IMG/VR virus record: IMGVR_UViG_3300042975_000104
Length of the DNA: 33,528 nt
From: an uncultured virus (IMG/VR IMGVR_UViG_3300042975_000104)
Lineage: Duplodnaviria; Heunggongvirae; Uroviricota; Caudoviricetes
Direction: 5' to 3' (one strand)
The first letter of the stretch is position 1. Each line of letters begins with the position of its first letter. Below are positions 16,401 through 25,296 of the stretch, in pieces. Both the position numbers and the translations under genes were made by a program. The notes below the pieces were generated by a model that saw only the letters and a program-made list of their open reading frames with translations, searched no databases and was not told where the DNA came from.

Positions 16401-16575
16401 GTACCGTTTCCTTTCCGAATGCCGCGGCAACGGCAGCGCCGTACCCGTTCAGGTGATGCCAGCGGCAGTAATTCCGTACGCTGTCCCGTGACAGCTTCGT
16501 TTTCCGGGCGATGGCCTTGTAGCCCATCCCCTTTTTTCTCATCGCTTCTATCTGCCGACGCTGACAGTCATCCAT
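16387..16575 (-). CDS. Small helix-turn-helix protein
   Basis: GMGYKAIARKTKLSRDSVRNYCR HTH pattern; RBS AAAGGAG; overlaps the methylase start. Confidence 0.7.
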   Translation of the reverse strand: MDDCQRRQIEAMRKKGMGYKAIARKTKLSRDSVRNYCRWHHLNGYGAAVAAAFGKETVHEDI

Positions 16576-16599
16576 AAAGCCGGCTCCTTTCTAACAACC

Positions 16600-16630
16600 A
16601 AAAAGCTCCGGGCCGAAAGCCTGGAGCTGC
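16600..16630 (-). terminator. Intrinsic terminator
   Basis: Minus strand AGCTCCAGGC-TTTCG-GCCCGGAGCT followed by TTTT. Confidence 0.7.
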
Positions 16631-16659
16631 TCAATATTTGTTTCCAAATTTTTTCTTAT

Positions 16660-16750
16660 ATCCCCCCTTATGAATTTCGCGTTTTTTCCCATTTGAGGGG
16701 GCGGCGGTCATGGCCGGAAGGGCTGCAGAGATTGACATCCCCCGCCCCTA
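16660..16750. other. Candidate cos (packaging initiation) region
   Basis: Non-coding GC-rich tract (minus strand GGGGCGGGGG...GACCGCCGCCCCCTC...CGCGAAATT) immediately downstream of the HNH gene, the usual cos position in HK97-like phages. Positional inference. Confidence 0.5.
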
Positions 16751-16760
16751 GCCTGAATCA

Positions 16761-17120
16761 TCAGTACTTGTACTCGATGTTCCGGTCTTCCGTCATCGTC
16801 TTATGGTCATGGCAGCTCTTGCAGAGGGGCTGCCAGTTCTTTTCGTCCCAGAACAGCTCCGGGTCGCCGCGATGCGGTTTGATGTGATCTACAACGGTCG
16901 CTGGTACCAGCCGACCTTCCGCCTTGCATCGGACGCACCATGGATGGCGCTTCAGGAAGAACTTCCTGACTTTCTGCCACCGCCTGTCGTACCCACGAAG
17001 TTCAGCGTTCTTCCGTTCGCCCTGGCATTTCTGTTCGTGTTCCTCACAGTACTTCCTTCCATACGGCACGAGCCTTGAGCAGCCCGGATACCTGCATGGC
17101 GTTTTTGGCCTTCGTGGCAT
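16761..17120 (-). CDS. HNH endonuclease (HK97 gp74-like terminase cofactor)
   Basis: PCRYPGC, RGYDRRW, CVRC, VVDHIKPHRGD, NWQPLCKSCHDHKT. Confidence 0.92.
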   Translation of the reverse strand: MPRRPKTPCRYPGCSRLVPYGRKYCEEHEQKCQGERKNAELRGYDRRWQKVRKFFLKRHPWCVRCKAEGRLVPATVVDHIKPHRGDPELFWDEKNWQPLCKSCHDHKTMTEDRNIEYKY

Positions 17121-17138
17121 AGCCTCTCATCTCCCCAT

Positions 17139-17195
17139 CAAAAAAGGACCGATGGCTTTCAACCATGGTCCTTTATCCTTTTCTTGCTGATTATA
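17139..17195 (-). repeat. Direct repeat copy A: -10 box plus terminator element
   Basis: 51/57 identical to 18182-18238. Confidence 0.9.
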
Positions 17196-17197
17196 AG

Positions 17198-18028
17198 TCA
17201 ATAAAACATCATGTCCATAGAAGCTCTATCCAGGACGCATTCCGTTACCTTTACTGATATGAATTCATAACATCGGGGTATATAACGCACCAAGGCATAA
17301 TTGTCGCTCAAATCCATGATATACAATCTCCTTGCCAGGCTGTTCCCTAACTTTTTTGTATACTCACCGCCCGCTTCAAATTTTTCAACTACCACAGGGT
17401 AACAGAACTCTTTTCTTATCCATTCCGCGATACGTGGTACATCATACTCATGCCCAAGCTGCATCTGGAAACACAGCGCTTCCCACCAGTTATGTATTTC
17501 AAAAGGTGGTTCATAACATATTATGTCGGTTCGCTGCATGATACGCTCGATGCTTTGGGAAACGAACTGGTCAAGCATCCTGGTTGCCAGGGAACTGGAT
17601 ACCGTCCTGAACAGGTTCCGCTGCATTGCCAGGTTATGAAGAATCCGCAGCGCCAGCAGGCCGCATGCGTCCATCCGCTTCAGTTCTGTTGCCAGTCTGT
17701 TTGGAGGAGCCAGATGATTCTTCATAAATACCTGCTGTATAATATCGGCTTTTTCTGGTATGTCAACTTTGTCCTTGATATACTCCCGGAGCTGTTGCCG
17801 GTATAGTTGGTCATTCTCAAGCCATTCTTTCCGGTTGCGTTCTCTTTCCCAAGCATCCGTTTTATCGGCAGGTGGTTGTTCCAGGTAGCAATAGCAATCC
17901 CAGTCGTTCCGGAGCCGTACATATTCGCTTTGCAGCAGAGGTATGGTCTTGGTATGATACATCTGGCTCTTCATTGTTTTTGCACATGCCTTCAATTGGC
18001 GGGCCAGATGTGCTTGCTCTTTTTTCAA
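17198..18028 (-). CDS. Hypothetical protein (276 aa, moron)
   Basis: TTG start with RBS GAAGGTG; lower GC than flanks; no recognisable motif. Confidence 0.75.
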   Translation of the reverse strand: MKKEQAHLARQLKACAKTMKSQMYHTKTIPLLQSEYVRLRNDWDCYCYLEQPPADKTDAWERERNRKEWLENDQLYRQQLREYIKDKVDIPEKADIIQQVFMKNHLAPPNRLATELKRMDACGLLALRILHNLAMQRNLFRTVSSSLATRMLDQFVSQSIERIMQRTDIICYEPPFEIHNWWEALCFQMQLGHEYDVPRIAEWIRKEFCYPVVVEKFEAGGEYTKKLGNSLARRLYIMDLSDNYALVRYIPRCYEFISVKVTECVLDRASMDMMFY

Positions 18029-18066
18029 AGATAAACACCTTCTTTAGTCCGTTTTTCTATGGCTCC

Positions 18067-18114
18067 ATTATATCATACCTTTATCCTTTACTTTATATTT
18101 TATTGAATATTCAA
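18067..18114 (-). promoter_or_regulatory. Extended -10 promoter and palindrome of the 276-aa moron
   Basis: TG-A-TATAAT at 18075..18067; perfect 12-bp palindrome TTGAATATTCAA at 18103-18114. Confidence 0.6.
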
Positions 18115-18181
18115 AATATTTTAAAGTATTCTCTCTGCGAATCGCACCAACAATATTGGCATTTCTTTCATTTTTCTCACA

Positions 18182-18238
18182 CAAAAAAGGACCGATGGTT
18201 TTTGACCACGATCCTTCATCCTTTTCTTGCTGATTATA
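18182..18238 (-). repeat. Direct repeat copy B: -10 box plus terminator element
   Basis: 51/57 identical to 17139-17195. Confidence 0.9.
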
Positions 18239-18297
18239 GTATATCCTGCCGACCCCTATGACATCAAGTGCTGTTCGAGTGACATTTAGTGACATTC
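18233..18297 (-). promoter_or_regulatory. Putative activator-dependent late promoter
   Basis: Three ATGTCA repeats (+ strand TGACAT at 18259, 18280, 18290) upstream of TATAAT, at the 3' end of the activator gene. Confidence 0.6.
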
Positions 18298-18735
18298 GCC
18301 AGGAATTTCAATTTTTTTTAGTGCTTCATCATGCAGGCGGTACGCCTGCCGGATATGGATTCCAAGCGTTTCGGCAATCGACGCCCAGTCCTTGAACGCC
18401 AGATAGCGGAGTTCCAGGACAACCCGTTCCCGGTCGTCCGGCACCCGGCTGATAGCCTTCATGATGTCTGCCTTGAGTTCCACCAGACGGTCGATGTCCT
18501 CATCCACTTCATGCTCCATGTCCATCATGCGTGTGATGGTCTCTTCCAGCCGATGCGGGTCTGGCGTCCCGCTCGGCGGCACCGGGCTGAGTGTCGATGA
18601 CGCCTTGATAGCCAGCTGCCTCAAGGCGGATACCTGTTCCAGTTTGCTGTCTATCTGGATATTGATATTCCGTGCCTGTTCCAGGTACGCTTTTGCTTCC
18701 ATACGCTTCTCTTCTCCTTCTGTTTCCCGCTTCAT
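18286..18735 (-). CDS. Phage late transcriptional regulator (DUF1492/ArpU/RinA-like)
   Basis: AKAYLEQA...VLELRYL...WASIAETLG...AYRLHDEAL sigma-4-like HTH; position before HNH. Alternative start 18702. Confidence 0.78.
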   Translation of the reverse strand: MKRETEGEEKRMEAKAYLEQARNINIQIDSKLEQVSALRQLAIKASSTLSPVPPSGTPDPHRLEETITRMMDMEHEVDEDIDRLVELKADIMKAISRVPDDRERVVLELRYLAFKDWASIAETLGIHIRQAYRLHDEALKKIEIPGECH

Positions 18736-20102
18736 AGTATACCCCCGTTTCCTGGTTCCGTCATCCCCAGGTCAGCTTTCACCGCGTCAATCAGTGCGGC
18801 CTGGGTTCCGTCTTTGTGTTCCAATACTTTCAGGATGCGCTCATCAATCGTACCTTTGGCCACGATGTGCTGTATGATGACCGTGCAGCTCTGCTGTCCC
18901 TGTCTCCAGAGGCGGGCGTTGGTCTGCTTATAGAGTTCCAGACTCCATGTCAGTCCGAACCATATCAGGATGGATCCGCCCTGCTGCAGGTTCAGCCCAT
19001 GTCCGGCAGAGGCTGGATGAATCAGAGCCACAGGTATCTTCCCGGCATTCCAGTCGGCAAAGTCCTGCGGTTCTTTCAACTCCCTGGCTTCCATCCGCTT
19101 CTGGATGCGGTCTTTGTCGTGCTTGAACCAGTAGGCCACCAGAACCGGCTGACCGTTGGCACTTTCCACTAAGTCTTCCAGGGCATCGAGCTTCCGGTCA
19201 TGAATATTCACAACTTTCTTGTCATCCGTATAAATGGCCCCGTTTGCCATCTGCGAAAGCTTCAGGGTAAGCGATGCGGCATTGGCGGCTGTGACTTCGC
19301 CACCAGGAAGTTCCAGTACCAGTGACTTTTTCAGTTCATCATAACGTTTCCTTTCCTTTTCGCTCAATGTGACTTCTTTCGCCACGCTCACCAATTCCGG
19401 CATCTTCAGATAGTCTGCAGCTTTCATGGACACGGTGATGTCGGCAATCTGATGATAGATGACTGCTTCCGCTCCCGGCAGTGGCTTATAGGAAAACACC
19501 ACCATGCCGTTGCGTTTGTCCGGCGTAAAGTACAGATTACGATACTGGCTGATATACTTTCCCAGCCGTTCGCCCATGTCCAGGAGCCGGAACTCGGCCC
19601 AGAGATCCATCAATCCGTTGCCGCTGGGCGTTCCCGTAAGGCCGACGATGCGCTTCACTTTAGGGCGCATAGCTTTCATGGCCTTGAACCGTTTGGACTT
19701 GGCGTTCTTAAAACTCGACAGCTCGTCCAGGACGACCATATCGAAATCCAGGCGGCTGTTCTGGTACAGCCATGCCAGGTTCTCCCGGTTCACAATATAG
19801 ATATCAGCTTCCTTCTGCAAGGCCCGCCGCCGTTCCGCCACGGTCCCCACAACCACGCTGCAGGTAAGGTCTTTCAGGTGATCCCATTTCCGGATTTCTT
19901 CCGGCCAAGTATCCCGAGTAACCCGCAATGGCGCTACGACCAGTACATGTTTGATTTCGAAGGAATCGTACATCAAATCGCGGATGGCTGTCAGCGTCGT
20001 TACCGTCTTGCCAAGGCCCATGTCCAGGAACAGGGCCGTAACTGGATGGGATTTTATATACTCGATAGCATATTTCTGATAATCATGAGGCAGAAACTTC
20101 AT
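18732..20102 (-). CDS. SNF2-family helicase
   Basis: DMGLGKT, VLDELS, LTGTP, SAGHGLNLQ, QTNARLWRQGQ. Confidence 0.93.
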   Translation of the reverse strand: MKFLPHDYQKYAIEYIKSHPVTALFLDMGLGKTVTTLTAIRDLMYDSFEIKHVLVVAPLRVTRDTWPEEIRKWDHLKDLTCSVVVGTVAERRRALQKEADIYIVNRENLAWLYQNSRLDFDMVVLDELSSFKNAKSKRFKAMKAMRPKVKRIVGLTGTPSGNGLMDLWAEFRLLDMGERLGKYISQYRNLYFTPDKRNGMVVFSYKPLPGAEAVIYHQIADITVSMKAADYLKMPELVSVAKEVTLSEKERKRYDELKKSLVLELPGGEVTAANAASLTLKLSQMANGAIYTDDKKVVNIHDRKLDALEDLVESANGQPVLVAYWFKHDKDRIQKRMEARELKEPQDFADWNAGKIPVALIHPASAGHGLNLQQGGSILIWFGLTWSLELYKQTNARLWRQGQQSCTVIIQHIVAKGTIDERILKVLEHKDGTQAALIDAVKADLGMTEPGNGGIL

Positions 20103-20401
20103 CCAGCATCATCTCCTTCCATAACTTCCTTCAATACCATGGGGATATCACTGGCGGCATCCAGTACGAACACCCTGAAGCCAAGTTTTCTCAGCATAGC
20201 ATGACGTTTCACCTGCAGCGGACACGGCTTTTTGCCCGGGGCCTTCACTTCCACAAAAGCCATCTTCCCATCAGGGAGAAGGATCAGGCGGTCTGGCATA
20301 CCACTATAGGATGGCGATACGAACTTCAGTGCCATGCCGCCGCGCCGCCTTACTTCCGCCACGAGTTTTTGTTCTATCTGTTTTTCACTTAAAAAGTTCA
20401 T
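20099..20401 (-). CDS. VRR-NUC domain nuclease
   Basis: EKQIE...GMPDRL...FVEVKAPG PD-(D/E)xK motif. Confidence 0.9.
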   Translation of the reverse strand: MNFLSEKQIEQKLVAEVRRRGGMALKFVSPSYSGMPDRLILLPDGKMAFVEVKAPGKKPCPLQVKRHAMLRKLGFRVFVLDAASDIPMVLKEVMEGDDAG

Positions 20402-20708
20402 CCGCTTTTTCCTTCGCCTTTTCCATCACTTCAGCGTCAACGGCGTTTCTGGGTTTGCCATTGAAATTCCCGTAAAACACATCAAGGTATTCATTACTGA
20501 TTTCCGGATGGTCATGGAACATATTATCTTCTGCCCGGGAACGCACTTCATCAATCCTTCGAAGCGCCCGTAAGAATTTATCCGTATCAGGAGCTGAAAG
20601 GACTCGTGAAATGTGAATTGCAAGTATGGCGCCCAGAGCCCTGAACAGTCTCATTTCCGCTCCGGTTTCCTTGTAAAGGTCAAGCGTCCGTTCTCTTTTA
20701 TGTATCAT
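20385..20708 (-). CDS. Hypothetical protein (107 aa)
   Basis: Start MIHKRE at 20708 with RBS GGAGG; overlaps the VRR-NUC start. Confidence 0.75.
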   Translation of the reverse strand: MIHKRERTLDLYKETGAEMRLFRALGAILAIHISRVLSAPDTDKFLRALRRIDEVRSRAEDNMFHDHPEISNEYLDVFYGNFNGKPRNAVDAEVMEKAKEKADELFK

Positions 20709-20735
20709 GGTGTTATCCTCCATCCTATTTCAATT

Positions 20736-20833
20736 GGTGACACTCATGATTCTCTCACCCCTAACTTCTTATATAGGTATATTTATTTTTACCCCTATAG
20801 GAACTTTGTAGTGAGAGTATCATGAGTGTCACC
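20736..20833. repeat. Long inverted repeat, candidate replication origin
   Basis: 23-bp arms GGTGACACTCATGAT(T/A)CTCTCAC with one mismatch, enclosing an AT-rich, partly palindromic core. Confidence 0.8.
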
Positions 20834-20842
20834 TTTCCAGAA

Positions 20843-23134
20843 TCAGTCCAGGAAGTCTTGTCCTTCTTTCAGCTTCAAGCCACGGATAAGACTGCCCTTC
20901 TTTGTTCGATGACGAAAAAATCCAGCCTTTTCCAGATTTCCATAGAAATCCGTAGTGCTTCTGATGTATTCGCCGCTTTGCATACAGATGACCCGGTACT
21001 GCTGATACAGTTTCCCGGACTTTTCTGTGAATGACGGGTCAATGTCGCAGTGGTCTTCGAGGAATTGCCCCAGCCAGTCATTGTCCTCACGGTATTTTTC
21101 CACAGCATCCCGCACGGCCTGGGGCTCATCAATTTTGAAACCTTTCCGGATAGCCGATTCCGCCCCCTCAATGATCCATTTCATGATGGCAGGCCCCGCA
21201 TGATTGAACAGATAATCCGAGTAGTTCTTGATATCGCTTTTCCCGGTAATCTTGGCGTTAAACGGGATGACAATCAGCCTTCGCCACGTCCCGTCATCAT
21301 TGGCGGAAACCTTGGGCAGGTAATTGGTATACAGAACCAGGGTATGGGATGGGACGAAATGGAACGGGTCCTTGTATTTCTTCTCCGCCTCGATGGGATC
21401 AACCGAACAAATCTGCTTGACCATGCCTGTGTTCAGCCGCTGCCCTTCTTCCAGCTCTGACGCGATGATGAGCCGCTTGCCCTTGAGTTCCGCCATTTCC
21501 GGCTTCACATTCCGCTTGCAGCTCATGGTCAGGGCATCCGCGGAAATCTTCCCGGAGTAAGTGCCAAGCACCCTGGCGATGGTGTTCCAGAAAGTGGACT
21601 TGCCGTTCGCCCCGCCGCCATAGGCGATAATCATCTGTTCGGCATAGACCCGCCCGACAGCCGCCATCCCGACGATTTCCTGCACATACTGAATCAGTTC
21701 CCGGTCATGGCAGAAGAACAGGTCAAGGCTCTCCTGCCAGAGGCCTTCTCCCTTATCGCCCGGCGAGCAGGCCGTGATTTTCGTAATGAGGTCGTCCGGG
21801 TCATGGGGATGCCCGCCACCTGTTCCCTGCGTAAGGTCATACGTTGCTTCCGGCGTATTCAGCAGCTCCGGGTCATAGTCCAGTTCGGTGACATCCAGGG
21901 CAAGCATCGGCCTGGCTGCATTCTGGGTGTTGACGATGTATCGGTAATTGCGGTATTTCATGACGAATTTTTTGTAGGCATCCGCCCCCAGCAGTGCATA
22001 GAGCAGGCCGAGTTTTTTCTCTGGCACCTGGTTTGCCAGGGCCTTTCCCCTGTCTCTGACATCGGTTTTTGAAATGCCTATAGCCACCAGCGCTTCTTCT
22101 GCCATGCGGATTTTATCTTCTGCGTCTATCAGCTGGTCATCCATGAAATCTTCAATGATGCCGAGGGCTTTCGGCCTGTCTTCGTACCAATGGTCGCCGA
22201 TGAAAGCGATATAGTCCGTCGCGCTCGTATAACGAAGTCTTCCCATGCATGCCCTGGCCAGCACTTTTGCCTCGCCGATATCCGAGTAATCGTCCGGCTT
22301 TAAATTACTGCCAAACGGGTTGTCATATTCATCTGGCGGGACATAGCCTTCGCTGCCTTCGATTTTGTTCCTGAAAAACTTCAGCGCACTTTTCCAGATT
22401 GTCCCCAGTTCCTTATCCGGAAGCGGCGGGTTGCATTGGGCAGCCCGTTCCAGATAGGCTTCATGCGCTCTGTCCGTATCACCGAAACGCTTCAGCACCC
22501 GGCTTGCGAAATGGGACATCGTATTGTTGCGGCTGCCTTCAGGAATGGAACCTCCTGTATACAGAGGCGGATCTGCCTGGTTTCCGTTATCGCCGGATTC
22601 AAGATTCCCCAGGACTTCATCAATCCGAAGCCGCCCTTCATGCCAGAATATGTCCTCCGGCTTCACTTCTGTCCCGTAAAGGAACCGTGCTGCATCCAGG
22701 GCTTTCTGGTCAAAGAAGGCATACTGTTTCATGCCGGCGTTCTTGAGTGCGGCGTAAGTCTCCCTGTCCGTGCATTCCGAAACAGGGGCTATCAGATGAA
22801 ACCGCGGCCTAGCGGGATAATTCCCTTTCGGCAGCATATGATGTCGGCTCGGTGAGGCGGCAAAAGCAATATCGGCAAGGACACTGGCTGCCAGCTTTTC
22901 CGGCGTCACCCATTCGTCAGAGTTCTCCGTATGGTCGTTATCGCAGTCCCACACGGCTGCATCCGCTGAGATGAAATTATCATTCGACCGATAATCGTTC
23001 CGATAAGCGGCTGCAACATGGTCATGCGATACTGCCCTGGCTAGTTCTGCCGGGCTGCTGATGACGGCCTTGTGCGGGTACAGGCAGTTCGTTTCATTGC
23101 CTGTGCAGTCCGCTGTGTATAAAGTGAATTTCAT
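20843..23134 (-). CDS. Primase-helicase, P4/D5 family (primase domain, PriCT-1, D5_N, SF3 helicase)
   Basis: WDCDNDH, RPRFH, EGSRNNTM...CNPPL, GGGANGKST, ASELEEG, TNYLP, DDGTWRRL. Confidence 0.92.
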   Translation of the reverse strand: MKFTLYTADCTGNETNCLYPHKAVISSPAELARAVSHDHVAAAYRNDYRSNDNFISADAAVWDCDNDHTENSDEWVTPEKLAASVLADIAFAASPSRHHMLPKGNYPARPRFHLIAPVSECTDRETYAALKNAGMKQYAFFDQKALDAARFLYGTEVKPEDIFWHEGRLRIDEVLGNLESGDNGNQADPPLYTGGSIPEGSRNNTMSHFASRVLKRFGDTDRAHEAYLERAAQCNPPLPDKELGTIWKSALKFFRNKIEGSEGYVPPDEYDNPFGSNLKPDDYSDIGEAKVLARACMGRLRYTSATDYIAFIGDHWYEDRPKALGIIEDFMDDQLIDAEDKIRMAEEALVAIGISKTDVRDRGKALANQVPEKKLGLLYALLGADAYKKFVMKYRNYRYIVNTQNAARPMLALDVTELDYDPELLNTPEATYDLTQGTGGGHPHDPDDLITKITACSPGDKGEGLWQESLDLFFCHDRELIQYVQEIVGMAAVGRVYAEQMIIAYGGGANGKSTFWNTIARVLGTYSGKISADALTMSCKRNVKPEMAELKGKRLIIASELEEGQRLNTGMVKQICSVDPIEAEKKYKDPFHFVPSHTLVLYTNYLPKVSANDDGTWRRLIVIPFNAKITGKSDIKNYSDYLFNHAGPAIMKWIIEGAESAIRKGFKIDEPQAVRDAVEKYREDNDWLGQFLEDHCDIDPSFTEKSGKLYQQYRVICMQSGEYIRSTTDFYGNLEKAGFFRHRTKKGSLIRGLKLKEGQDFLD

Positions 23135-23544
23135 GTATTTTCCTCCCTGCAGTTTTCCGTAAAATAACGAATCAGCTTTCTCTTACGCCTGGCATATTCG
23201 ATTTCTTTCTGCATCCCGCTGGAAATGACATCACCGAACACCCAGAGTTCCGCGCACTTGGACAAAAGGGCGATATCCATGAACAGAGCCAGATCCCGTT
23301 CCGTCCTTTCATCCATGAACTGCGGCAGGAACAGGTGGGGCGCCAGCGGGATGCATCCCTGGTCCTTGGCATAGCGGCAGTACTCCCTGGCTTTCTGTAC
23401 GTTGGCCTCAACATCCCCGGCATAGGGCGAACACACGTATACCAATGGCCGGAACGGGAACCTTGCAGGTTCCGCATTCCGGATAGCTTCGTATGCTGTA
23501 GGGTCAGGGTAATGTTCGGCGTTACGCTTCGAATCCATCTTCAT
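23131..23544 (-). CDS. DUF4406-like (nucleoside deoxyribosyltransferase-like fold) protein
   Basis: YPDPTAYEA; VYVCSPYAGD...APHLFLPQF...CAELWVFG...GMQKEI. Confidence 0.7.
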   Translation of the reverse strand: MKMDSKRNAEHYPDPTAYEAIRNAEPARFPFRPLVYVCSPYAGDVEANVQKAREYCRYAKDQGCIPLAPHLFLPQFMDERTERDLALFMDIALLSKCAELWVFGDVISSGMQKEIEYARRKRKLIRYFTENCREENT

Positions 23545-23746
23545 CGCCCGCCTCCATCAGTTCCCGTGAGCAATCTTCACACATCACGGATGTGCCAAAC
23601 AGGTCGCCATGCCCATCACCCAATATGTCTTCCAGATTCACGCTGACTTCCTTGCCGCAGACCGGGCAGCGGCAGAACACATTTTCATCGTTGATTTCAA
23701 TCGTGATTTCCATCGTGTCGCTAATCGGTTCTTTGACATAAAACAT
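23522..23746 (-). CDS. Small zinc-ribbon protein
   Basis: CPVC...CEDC; translationally coupled to neighbours. Confidence 0.75.
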   Translation of the reverse strand: MFYVKEPISDTMEITIEINDENVFCRCPVCGKEVSVNLEDILGDGHGDLFGTSVMCEDCSRELMEAGDEDGFEA

Positions 23747-24414
23747 TATTCCGTTCCTCCTAACTCTGTAAGGTAATAACTCGTGAGCAGCTGTTTGCGC
23801 TGCTGGAAATCCGGGCAGGAATACAGCAGGCCGTAATCCAGGTGCTGCAGCCGGTCCAAGGCGTAAATCTGCTGTGCCGTAAGATAAGGCCGGATGCTCT
23901 GCCCTTTCTCAATACCATTAGCCAGCCGGAACTGCTTGGCAGACATCCCGAGAACGATGCGGTTGAGCATATCGCACTCATTGCTGAAGTGGTACGGCTT
24001 CGGATTTTCATGCAGGCGGCAGATCATGTCCGTCAACATTGGGAATTCCTGCCTGGCGGACAGCAGCGACCGGATGCATTGTTCCATTTCATTGAAACGT
24101 TGGATATAGAGTTCCTTGAAATGCATTGCCTTTGGGCCGGTATACCCCATAATCAGCATAGTGAAGCCATCGCGGGTCATCAGGTAATGGGGCAGTTTTC
24201 GGCCCGTAGCATCCTTATAGACATCCAGAAAATAATTGCCGGCAGCAAAATTTTCACTCAATCCAGATTTGGATTCAGTAAGCCGGGCAATATCTCTCAA
24301 TACATGAAAGTGTTTTTTTCCAAATGCCTCAGCTACGAACAAGCTGTCTACCATGGCAATTCCTTGCGGGTTAGCCAGCATACCGTACTCGTCCTGTGGA
24401 ATCAAAAATTTCAT
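23746..24414 (-). CDS. Rha-family phage regulatory protein
   Basis: DSLFVAEAFGKKHFHVLRDI...MTRDGFTMLIMGYTGPKAMHFKELYIQRFNEME. Confidence 0.9.
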   Translation of the reverse strand: MKFLIPQDEYGMLANPQGIAMVDSLFVAEAFGKKHFHVLRDIARLTESKSGLSENFAAGNYFLDVYKDATGRKLPHYLMTRDGFTMLIMGYTGPKAMHFKELYIQRFNEMEQCIRSLLSARQEFPMLTDMICRLHENPKPYHFSNECDMLNRIVLGMSAKQFRLANGIEKGQSIRPYLTAQQIYALDRLQHLDYGLLYSCPDFQQRKQLLTSYYLTELGGTE

Positions 24415-24466
24415 AGTGGATTCCTCCCTTGTAAAAAGAATGGATTCGAGAGGCTTTTTTTCTCTC

Positions 24467-24506
24467 TCACCAGTAACAGGACAGAAACCATTGTTTTAAG
24501 TACCAT
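24467..24506 (-). promoter_or_regulatory. Putative phage-sigma promoter, copy 2 (upstream of rha)
   Basis: Minus strand ATGGTACTTAA...TGTCCTGTTACT(G)GTGA; same boxes and spacing as 29550-29589. Confidence 0.7.
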
Positions 24507-24610
24507 AAAATAAAAAAATTTATTTATCGCAGGATTTTCATTTTCTATATAGAATTAATGAAATAAAGAATGTATGCCGAATCCCAAAATCATGTAAAGA
24601 AGGAGGTCGA

Positions 24611-25252
24611 TTGTGCATGCGTTTTAGACAAAAAATAATTTCTTATTTATCTGTATTTATTTTGTGCCTGGCTTTTTTCCTAATTGATTCTTCCCAAGCG
24701 CAAGCTACAGAATTTATGACTCCAGACCAAGGAACCTTCCTATATCTGGATACCCGTCAGCTAAATGTTCGTTATGATAATGAACGATTAAAATTTGTTC
24801 TTCAAAGGGATGGTACCTTACGGTTGATGAGCCGTGACGGAAAACATGATTATATGTCTTTCATCAACTATGTCGGTGCCAGAGGCGGTGTAGGCTATAA
24901 AATCCGCACCATTCGCACCACCGACCCTGACATGACTTTCTTTGAAATCAATGCGGATGTTGGCGCACATGCGATGAACTGTGGCTATTGGATTATTGGC
25001 AAACATGATGGTCAATGGGTTACGTACGTATCGTTAGACAGCCTGGCTTCCATGGGATATACCATTGGCAACTGGCATCAAATCAAAACAAAAATAAACG
25101 AAGATGGAACCGGCCGTTTCATTCTTATCAGTTCTCATGAATATATGCCGCCGGGAGCTCAATATCAGTATCAACGGAAACATGCTGTAGATTTACAACT
25201 AGAATTGTTCTGGGATCAAAATGCACAATGGTTTGGCATGCGTAGTTTATAA
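24611..25252 (+). CDS. Secreted hypothetical protein (moron)
   Basis: Opposite strand, RBS AAGGAGG, signal peptide ending SSQAQA, AT-rich 5' region; alternative ATG at 24617. Confidence 0.85.
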   Translation: MCMRFRQKIISYLSVFILCLAFFLIDSSQAQATEFMTPDQGTFLYLDTRQLNVRYDNERLKFVLQRDGTLRLMSRDGKHDYMSFINYVGARGGVGYKIRTIRTTDPDMTFFEINADVGAHAMNCGYWIIGKHDGQWVTYVSLDSLASMGYTIGNWHQIKTKINEDGTGRFILISSHEYMPPGAQYQYQRKHAVDLQLELFWDQNAQWFGMRSL

Positions 25253-25264
25253 GAAAATACAAGG

Positions 25265-25296
25265 AAAGCAGGCAGTCTCACGCTGCCTGCTTTTTT
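25265..25296. terminator. Terminator between convergent moron and DNA polymerase
   Basis: AAAGCAGGCAG / CTGCCTGCTTT stem with T run on + strand; probably bidirectional. Confidence 0.8.
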
